Shown here: piece after piece, positions 57,858 to 64,000 of the stretch
Layout: every line of letters begins with the position of its first letter
Position numbering within the stretch: the first letter of the stretch is position 1
Origin: an uncultured Acidimicrobiia bacterium
GTDB lineage: Bacteria > Acidobacteriota > Vicinamibacteria > Vicinamibacterales > UBA2999
DNA length: 64,000 bases
Assembly: GCA_963795125.1 (NCBI GenBank)
Contig: CAWCGQ010000004.1
Span: forward strand, 556,205 to 620,204
Reading direction: 5' to 3'
Program-made: the position numbers and the translations under genes
The notes under the pieces: model-generated
Told to the model about the DNA's origin: nothing
Databases searched by the model: none
The model's input: the letters and a program-made list of their open reading frames with translations, nothing else

Positions 57858-60173
57858 ATGTCATCGGGTTCAAAGGCGATCGTCGCAGCATCGTTGCTGC
57901 TCGCGCTGGCCGTGGCGACAAGCGCCACCGGGCGCCCGCCGGACCTCAACCCCTCAAGCCCTCAAGCCCTTACGCCCTCGAGCCCACAACCCTCAAGCCC
58001 TCAACCAGCCCACGACTACCTGGGTTCGGCGAGCTGCGAGCGTTGTCACGACGTCGAACACACGCAGTGGAAGAATTCCCTCCACATCAAGATGACCAAG
58101 CCGATTGCGGAAGCCACCGTGGTTGGTGACTTTCGTGACGGGACCAGGTTCGCCGACCACGACCGCGCCTATGCGTTCGGCACCAAGGACGGCAAGCCGT
58201 ACGTGTCGGTTTCGCTCGGTGGGCGCGCGCCGGAGACCTTCAGCGTCGATTACACGCTCGGCGCCAAGCGTTACCAGGGGTATCTCTCGACCTTGCCCGA
58301 AGGACGCATTTACGTGCTGCCGGTGTTCTGGCACATCGCGACCCGGCGGTGGATCGACTGGAAAGAAATTACCTCGGTGCCCGAAGGCGCCCATCACCTG
58401 CGGCAGATCTGGAACTCGAACTGTTTCAACTGCCACGCCACCAATCTCGTCCAGGGTTACGACGTCGGCGGCAAGCAGTACAAGTCGACGTGGACCGAGA
58501 TGGGCATTGGCTGTGAAGCCTGTCACGGCCCCGGTCGTCAGCACGTCACGCTGATGGACGCATGGGAGAAGGACCCGGCGTTGAAGCCGGCCTTCGACAA
58601 CAGTTCGAAGAATCGCCAGTTGAGCGACATCCTCAAGATTCTTTCGGTGCGGAGCTCCGACCCGCGCCGCATCTACGACACCTGTGCCTATTGCCACGGC
58701 AACAAGCGAAACGTCTTCCTGGGATTCAAGGGCGGCGATCGCTTCGCCGACCACGCCATGCCGTTTCTCGTCAGCGATCCCATCCCCGAGAACGATTTGC
58801 AAGGTGAGTTCTGGCCCGATGGCCGGCCCAATCGCTTCAACCGGCCGCAGGCGCTGACGCTGAGCGGCTGCTTCAAGGCCGGCGCGATTACCTGCACGAG
58901 CTGTCATGTCGCGCACGGATCGCGCAACGAGTTCTCGTTGAAGGTCAACATCAACCAGGGCCGCAACGGAGACGGGTTGTGCACGCAGTGCCATTCCACG
59001 CCGAAGGCGGGGAGCCGGGAGCCGGGAGCCGGACTGCCGCGGCCCTCATTCACCGGGGCGGGTCTCGAAGCGCACACGTTTCATCAGCCCGACTCCACCG
59101 GCTCCCGCTGCATCAGCTGTCACATGAGCGACGTGAACTGGCGCTTGCTGATCCGCCGCCGCGATCACACCTTCCAGCCGCCCGTGCCGGAGACCACCAC
59201 CCGGTTCGGCATCCCGAACGCCTGCACGACGTGCCATGACGACCGCACGCCCGAGTGGGCGGCCACTCAGATGAACGCGTGGTGGGACGATGGCGATCGC
59301 CGCGAGAAATCCGCATCGCTCGCCGACACCATGTATCGCGCCGGCTCAGGCGACACCACCACGCTGCCCGCGCTGGCCAGGCTGGCCGTCGATCGATCGC
59401 AAGGGTTCCTCATCCGGGCCAGCGCCGCCGATTACATTGGGCGACTCGTGTCGGAGTGGAGGACCGGCGGCACCACTCGCGCCGGGGCGCCCACGCAAAC
59501 GTCTTTCGACGATGGGACGACGACGGGTTCTACGAGGGGTTCTACGGATGGTTCTACGAGGGGTTCTACGAACGTTCTACGGGGCACCTCCGACGGGAGA
59601 ACGAATGTCGCACCGTCGTCGAACCTCCGTAGAACCGCTCCCGATGTCACCCCCGCGATCGTCAACGCGCTGATCGGCGCGGCGGCGGACCCCGAGGCGG
59701 CGGTGCGTGGTGCCGCGGTCATTGCGCTCGGCCAGGTCGGTCATCGCGAACGCGCCCTCGCGCCGATCCTCGCGCGGCTGGTCGACCAGTCGCGCGTCGT
59801 GCGCGCCAAGGCCGCTGAGGTGCTGGCGAGCTTCGGCATCGTGGAGCTGCCCGGCGCCGCGGGTGAGGCCTTGCGCAAGGCGCAGGACGATTACGTGGCG
59901 AGCCTCGACACGTTCCCCGACGTCGCCTCAAATCATGCCGCCAAGGGCTGGCTGGAGGCCGAACGCGGCAACGTCGTCGCCGCACGCGATGCGCTCGACA
60001 AGGCGACAACGGTGTCGCCCAACTACGCGTTTCCGTGGGTGATGAAAGGCGTGCTGTCGGCGCGGGAAGGGAAGTTTGCCGACGCGGTGGAGATGTGGAA
60101 GAAGGCCCGTTCGATCGAGCCTTCTTACCCCAATATCGATCAGCTCATTGCCGAAGTGGAGAAACGGAAGTAG
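57858..60173 (+). CDS. Octahaem c-type cytochrome fused to C-terminal HEAT/TPR-like helical repeats
   Basis: Signal peptide and eight CXXCH motifs (CERCH, CFNCH, CEACH, CAYCH, CTSCH, CTQCH, CISCH, CTTCH). The C-terminal ~180 aa have helical repeats (AVRGAAVIALGQVG, VRAKAAEVLASFG, TPR-like NYAFPWVMKGVLSAREGKFADAVEMWKKA). Confidence 0.8.
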   Translation: MSSGSKAIVAASLLLALAVATSATGRPPDLNPSSPQALTPSSPQPSSPQPAHDYLGSASCERCHDVEHTQWKNSLHIKMTKPIAEATVVGDFRDGTRFADHDRAYAFGTKDGKPYVSVSLGGRAPETFSVDYTLGAKRYQGYLSTLPEGRIYVLPVFWHIATRRWIDWKEITSVPEGAHHLRQIWNSNCFNCHATNLVQGYDVGGKQYKSTWTEMGIGCEACHGPGRQHVTLMDAWEKDPALKPAFDNSSKNRQLSDILKILSVRSSDPRRIYDTCAYCHGNKRNVFLGFKGGDRFADHAMPFLVSDPIPENDLQGEFWPDGRPNRFNRPQALTLSGCFKAGAITCTSCHVAHGSRNEFSLKVNINQGRNGDGLCTQCHSTPKAGSREPGAGLPRPSFTGAGLEAHTFHQPDSTGSRCISCHMSDVNWRLLIRRRDHTFQPPVPETTTRFGIPNACTTCHDDRTPEWAATQMNAWWDDGDRREKSASLADTMYRAGSGDTTTLPALARLAVDRSQGFLIRASAADYIGRLVSEWRTGGTTRAGAPTQTSFDDGTTTGSTRGSTDGSTRGSTNVLRGTSDGRTNVAPSSNLRRTAPDVTPAIVNALIGAAADPEAAVRGAAVIALGQVGHRERALAPILARLVDQSRVVRAKAAEVLASFGIVELPGAAGEALRKAQDDYVASLDTFPDVASNHAAKGWLEAERGNVVAARDALDKATTVSPNYAFPWVMKGVLSAREGKFADAVEMWKKARSIEPSYPNIDQLIAEVEKRK
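57944..58010. repeat. 8-nt-period CCTCAAGC word array inside the cytochrome CDS (signal peptide / mature domain junction)
   Basis: CCTCAACC CCTCAAGC CCTCAAGC CCTTACGC CCTCGAGC CCACAAC CCTCAAGC CCTCAACC is translated as PSSPQALTPSSPQPSSPQP. The reverse-complement words GGGCTTGAGGGCTTGA occur at 63702-63718. Confidence 0.7.
59525..59636. repeat. GGTTCTACG/CGTAGAACC word array inside the cytochrome CDS (haem domain / helical-repeat domain junction)
   Basis: GGGTTCTACGAGG GGTTCTACGGAT GGTTCTACGAGG GGTTCTACGAAC GTTCTACGG ... GTCGAACC TCCGTAGAACC is translated as GSTRGSTDGSTRGSTNVLRG... Confidence 0.8.
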
Positions 60174-61124
60174 CTACCCCTTCTTCAGTTGCTCGATCAA
60201 TCCCTTCGCCTGCGCGGCCTCGGCGGAGTTCGGATCGGCGGCGATCACCTTGTTCATGATCTCGATGGCGCCGGCGGTGTCGGCCTTCTGCAGCTTGGCG
60301 AGACCCAGCTTGAAGAGCGGCTTGCCCCAGGCCGGGTCCATGCCCGCGGCGCGCTCGTAGTACTTCACGGCTTCGTCGGTTTCGCCCTTCGCGAACTTCA
60401 CTTCACCAAGGTTGTAGAACACTTCGCGATTGGCATTGACCGAGGTCGTCAACTCGAGCAGCGCTTTTTCCGCGTTCGCGAAGTCGCCCTTTTCGAGATA
60501 CGTCATGCCGATCTCGATCTTGGCCTTGTCGTTCGCGGGGTCGGCGGCGATCACCTTCTGATACGACGCGATGGCGCCGTCGTAGTCCTTCTTCAAGCGC
60601 TGCACCTGGGCAATCTGCCCGTTGATCATCGTGAGCGCCGGGGTCTTGGCGAGCACCGCCTCGTAGGCCGCGATGGCCGCGTCGTGCTGGCCGGCGTTGG
60701 CCATGTCAATTGCCTTCTGCAGTTCGGCCTGCAGTTCCTTGGTGTTGACGCCGGCAAGCGCGCCGGCCGGTCCGGCCGCGCCAGGCGCGAGAGCGAAGTC
60801 GACCGGCGGCATCGGCGCGCCGAGGCTGCGCACCGGAACCTGTCCGGACGATGGCGAGAAGCCGGGGGCTACCGCGGTGACCTTCCAGGCGCCGGTCTTG
60901 AGCCCGATGATCGAGTAACGGCCCTTGTCGTCGGTGGTTGCCGTAAAAGACGATGGCGACGCGGTCGGGTTCTCGGCGGTCACCGTGGCGCCCTTGAGGG
61001 GCTGGCCGTTCGTGTCCTTGACCTGGCCACCAATGCGGCCGGTCTGGGCCGCTGCCGGAACGGCCGACACGACCAGGGCGGTGCCCAATGCCACCGCGGA
61101 TAGGAACATCTTCAAATCACGCAT
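60174..61124 (-). CDS. Secreted CarboxypepD_reg-like domain + TPR repeat protein
   Basis: Signal peptide, GRIGGQVKDTNGQPLKGATVTAENP...DDKGRYSIIGLKTGAWKV, then TPR blocks (AIAAYEAVLAKTP, AIASYQKVIAADPAN, AVKYYERAAGMDP). Its stop abuts the stop of the convergent cytochrome gene. Confidence 0.75.
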   Translation of the reverse strand: MRDLKMFLSAVALGTALVVSAVPAAAQTGRIGGQVKDTNGQPLKGATVTAENPTASPSSFTATTDDKGRYSIIGLKTGAWKVTAVAPGFSPSSGQVPVRSLGAPMPPVDFALAPGAAGPAGALAGVNTKELQAELQKAIDMANAGQHDAAIAAYEAVLAKTPALTMINGQIAQVQRLKKDYDGAIASYQKVIAADPANDKAKIEIGMTYLEKGDFANAEKALLELTTSVNANREVFYNLGEVKFAKGETDEAVKYYERAAGMDPAWGKPLFKLGLAKLQKADTAGAIEIMNKVIAADPNSAEAAQAKGLIEQLKKG

Positions 61125-61245
61125 TGCCTGTATCTCCCCTGCCCGTCTCCGCTCGGCTGAAGCCTGCAAGCTACGGCGCGGTCGCGCCGGAGCGGCCTTC
61201 GGCCGCGAAGGCGGAAAAAAGCTAACGACTCAGTATATTAGCCTC

Positions 61246-63702
61246 ATGCGTCTGACACCAAAAGGGGCTTGGGCCCAGGGTCCCGCGTTCTGGATCCTGC
61301 TCCTGGTCGCCGGTTTATACCAGTTTCCAGCCTCCGCCCGCCAAACCGACGCTCGCTGGTCGCGTATCGACGAGCTCGTCCACGACGCGATGGCCGCAAA
61401 ACTCACGCCCGGCGCCATCGTCGTCGTCGGACAGGGCCCCTCGACTTCGCCCGGGGCCAGCGACCCAACCCAATATGAAAAGGCGTTCGGCTTTCGCGCC
61501 ACCGTGCCGGCCGAGGAGCCGATGACTCTTGATACGGTCTTCGACCTCGCATCGTTGACCAAGGTGGTGGCGACGACCACCGCCGTGATGACGCTGATCG
61601 AGGACGGCCGCATCCGGCTCAACGGCACGGTCGCGAGCCATATCCCGGGATTCGAGCGATACGGAAAAGGCGGCATCACCATCCGCCACCTGCTGACGCA
61701 CGTGTCGGGCCTGCGTCCCGACGTGGACCTGCATCCGTGGTCGGGGTACGACGCGGCCATCGAGCTCGCGAAGGATGAAGTGCCGACGTCGGCTCCCGGT
61801 GAATCGTTTGTCTACAGCGACATCAACTTTTTCCTTCTCGGCGACATCGTGTCGCGCGTGACGGGGCAGTCACTCGACGCCTACCTGAGGGAGCGCGTCT
61901 TTCTTCCCCTCGGGATGACCGACACGGGATTTCTTCCGCCCAGGACGTTGTTGCCGCGCATTGCGCCGACCGAGCGATGCGCGGAGCAGGACGCCTGGCC
62001 GTGCAAGCGGCTCGACGCGCCGCCGCTGCGCGGCGTGGTCCACGATCCCACCGCACGGCGCATGGGAGGCATTGCCGGCCACGCGGGCCTCTTCAGCACA
62101 GCGCGCGATCTCAAGCTGTTCGCGCGCATGCTGCTCGGCAAGGGGCGCCTCGGCGCGACGCGCGTGCTGTCGGCGGCAAGCGTGGCCGCGATGACCTCTC
62201 CGCAAACGCCCGCCGGCATGGCCAGCGTGCGCGGCCTGGGCTGGGACATCGATACGACCTTCTCCAGCAACCGCGGCGACTTGTTCCCGGCCGGAACCTC
62301 GTATGGGCACACCGGCTTCACCGGCACGAGCTTGTGGATTGATCCCGCGTCGGACTCGTACGTGATCTTCCTGTCGAGCCGGTTGCATCCAGATGGCGTC
62401 GGGGATGTCGGCGTACTGCGCAGCCGAATCGCGAGCGTCGCGGCAGCGGCGATCACCGATGGTTCTACGGCCGTTCAACGACGGTTCTCCGATCGTTCTA
62501 CGACTGACGTACGTAGAACCACCGTAGAACCATCGTCGAACGACCGTAGAACCCCTGTGCTGACCGGCATCGACGTCCTGGTCCGCGATGGTTTCAGGCA
62601 GCTCCGCGGCAAGCGCGTCGGTCTGATGACCAATCACACCGGCAAGTCGCGAGAGGCGGTCGCGACCATTGATCTGCTGCACCAGGCGCCCGGCGTCACC
62701 CTGGTGTCGCTCTTCAGCCCCGAGCACGGTATTCGCGGCGTGCTCGACGCCGACGTGCCGGCGGAGAAGGATCAGAAGACCGGCCTGACCATTCACTCGC
62801 TGTTCTACAAGGGCGGCACCGGCCGTCCGCTCGAGGGAGCGCTGGCCGGCATCGACACGCTGGTCATCGATCTGCAGGACATCGGCGCGCGCTTCTACAC
62901 CTACCAGCTGGCCATGGGCTATGCGATGGAAGAGGCCGCGAAGCGTAAGATCGCCGTCGTCGTGCTCGATCGCCCCAACCCGATCAACGGCTGGCAGATC
63001 GAAGGTCCGCTGTCGCGCGCGCCGGCTGAGGGTGAGTCGCCAAACACCTTCATCGCCTATCTGCCGATGCCGATTCGCCATGGCATGACGCTGGGCGAGT
63101 TGGCGCGGCTGTATAACGGCGAGCGGAAGATCGGCGCCGACCTGACGGTGGTCGCGCTCGAGCACTGGAAGCGCGACTACTGGTTCGACGAAACCGGACT
63201 GACCTGGATCAATCCGTCGCCCAACATGCGCAACATGAACCAGGCGACGCTTTATCCCGGCGTTGGCGCGATCGAATACTCGAACATCTCCGTTGGCCGC
63301 GGCACCGATCAGCCGTTCGAACAGATCGGCGCGCCGTGGATCAACGGCCCGCAACTGGCGGAGACGCTCAATGCCCGGCGGCTGCCGGGGATTCGTTTCT
63401 ATCCAATCACCTTCACGCCGACGTCCAGCAGGTACGCAAATGAGGAGTGCCGGGGCGTGTTCATGGTGGTGACCAACCGCGCAACACTGCAGCCCGTGCG
63501 CGTCGGGATGGAGATTGCGAGCGCGTTGTTCTCGCTGTATGGCGCAAGCTACCAGCCGAACAACATGTGGCGCCTGGTTGGCAGTGAGGAACTTGTCGGC
63601 CGCATCCGGCAGGGCGAGGATGCCGCCTCGATTGCCGCGCGCGCAAGCGTCGATGAGGCGCGCTGGCGTCAACGCCGCGCGAAGTATCTGATCTACAAGT
63701 AG
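61246..63702 (+). CDS. Fusion protein: serine hydrolase (beta-lactamase/PBP4*-like) + DUF1343 (NamZ-type exo-beta-N-acetylmuramidase family)
   Basis: The N-terminal half has FDLASLTKVVATTTAV (SxxK), YSDINF (YxN-like) and YGHTGFTGTSLWIDP (HTG). The C-terminal half has GKRVGLMTNHTG, LFSPEHG, LVIDLQDIGARFYTY and WINPSPNM. They are joined by a repeat-encoded linker at 62461-62553. Confidence 0.8.
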   Translation: MRLTPKGAWAQGPAFWILLLVAGLYQFPASARQTDARWSRIDELVHDAMAAKLTPGAIVVVGQGPSTSPGASDPTQYEKAFGFRATVPAEEPMTLDTVFDLASLTKVVATTTAVMTLIEDGRIRLNGTVASHIPGFERYGKGGITIRHLLTHVSGLRPDVDLHPWSGYDAAIELAKDEVPTSAPGESFVYSDINFFLLGDIVSRVTGQSLDAYLRERVFLPLGMTDTGFLPPRTLLPRIAPTERCAEQDAWPCKRLDAPPLRGVVHDPTARRMGGIAGHAGLFSTARDLKLFARMLLGKGRLGATRVLSAASVAAMTSPQTPAGMASVRGLGWDIDTTFSSNRGDLFPAGTSYGHTGFTGTSLWIDPASDSYVIFLSSRLHPDGVGDVGVLRSRIASVAAAAITDGSTAVQRRFSDRSTTDVRRTTVEPSSNDRRTPVLTGIDVLVRDGFRQLRGKRVGLMTNHTGKSREAVATIDLLHQAPGVTLVSLFSPEHGIRGVLDADVPAEKDQKTGLTIHSLFYKGGTGRPLEGALAGIDTLVIDLQDIGARFYTYQLAMGYAMEEAAKRKIAVVVLDRPNPINGWQIEGPLSRAPAEGESPNTFIAYLPMPIRHGMTLGELARLYNGERKIGADLTVVALEHWKRDYWFDETGLTWINPSPNMRNMNQATLYPGVGAIEYSNISVGRGTDQPFEQIGAPWINGPQLAETLNARRLPGIRFYPITFTPTSSRYANEECRGVFMVVTNRATLQPVRVGMEIASALFSLYGASYQPNNMWRLVGSEELVGRIRQGEDAASIAARASVDEARWRQRRAKYLIYK
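62461..62553. repeat. GGTTCTACG/CGTAGAACC word palindrome inside the beta-lactamase-like/DUF1343 CDS, exactly at the domain junction
   Basis: GGTTCTACG..GGTTCTCCG..CGTTCTACG-actgacgta-CGTAGAACC-AC-CGTAGAACC..GTCGAACG..CGTAGAACC. Confidence 0.8.
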
Positions 63703-63718
63703 GGCTTGAGGGCTTGAC
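63702..63718. repeat. GGGCTTGA x2 word pair directly after the stop of the fusion gene
   Basis: tAGGGCTTGAGGGCTTGAcc is the reverse complement of the CCTCAAGC words at 57944-58010. Confidence 0.5.
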
Positions 63719-63720
63719 CG

Positions 63721-64000
63721 TCAGAATCTGAAGCGGACGCCGACGGTCGGCAGCCTCGGTATCGACTGGTCGCGCTCTTCGACGAGCCGCGGGCGGTCTG
63801 AAGCGGCGTCGTGTTCCAGTCGCGCCTCGAACGCACCGGCATTCTTGCGGTTGAGGAGATTGATCACCTCTGCGTAGACCTCCCACCGGCCGGCGGCGCC
63901 GCGCGGCCGCCACGTCGCGCGCAGGTCGACGCGCGCGAACACCGGCAAGCGCGCGCGAAACAGGTTGTCGACGCCGCCGAGGTTCACGGCGTAGATCGGC
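63721..64000 (-). CDS. TonB-dependent receptor, C-terminal end only (5' part off-window)
   Basis: The terminal barrel strands read ...RWEVYAEVINLLNRKN...PRLPTVGVRFRF*, with an aromatic C-terminal residue. Confidence 0.7.
   Translation of the reverse strand, partial: PIYAVNLGGVDNLFRARLPVFARVDLRATWRPRGAAGRWEVYAEVINLLNRKNAGAFEARLEHDAASDRPRLVEERDQSIPRLPTVGVRFRF

Overview
High-GC bacterial chromosomal segment of about 50 genes. The gene content looks acidobacterial: PadR plus ADOP/FtsX-type permeases, TIGR03436-like VWA proteins, CarboxypepD_reg-fused TonB-type outer-membrane proteins, and TAT-exported Gfo/Idh/MocA and GMC oxidoreductases. No rRNA, tRNA or CRISPR array was recognised by eye. Left part (1-27.6 kb): a BNR/sialidase-like gene, a PadR-permease pair, an MFS nucleoside-type symporter, and a periplasmic sugar-oxidation cluster (7.4-14.2 kb). 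This part also holds a DUF5916 protein, a complete quinohemoprotein amine dehydrogenase cluster qhpG-A-D-C-B-F-E (16.4-25.1 kb) and a second ADOP permease. Right part (27.6-64 kb): GNAT, M28 peptidase, a decayed Y1 transposase, an ankyrin protein, GT4/GT2 glycosyltransferases, TolC, pyrE and truA. It continues with a HupE/UreJ-like protein, an NHL propeller, the uppS-cdsA-dxr-rseP block, D-aminoacylase, cobA/hemD, two VWA genes and atpZ-atpI-atpE with no atpB. It ends with an EamA transporter, two tandem TonB-type paralogs, kynA, an octahaem cytochrome fused to helical repeats, a CarboxypepD_reg-TPR protein, a beta-lactamase-like/DUF1343 fusion and a partial TonB receptor. Two sequence-level observations stand out. 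(1) Eighteen of the 20 genes left of about 27.4 kb are broken by frame changes, while 29 consecutive genes to the right are intact. (2) Many intergenic spacers, and three interdomain linkers inside genes, are filled by arrays of short 8-15 nt 'words' repeated directly and then in inverted orientation. Several word families recur at different loci. All product calls come from motif and family recognition by reading the translations. No database search was run.
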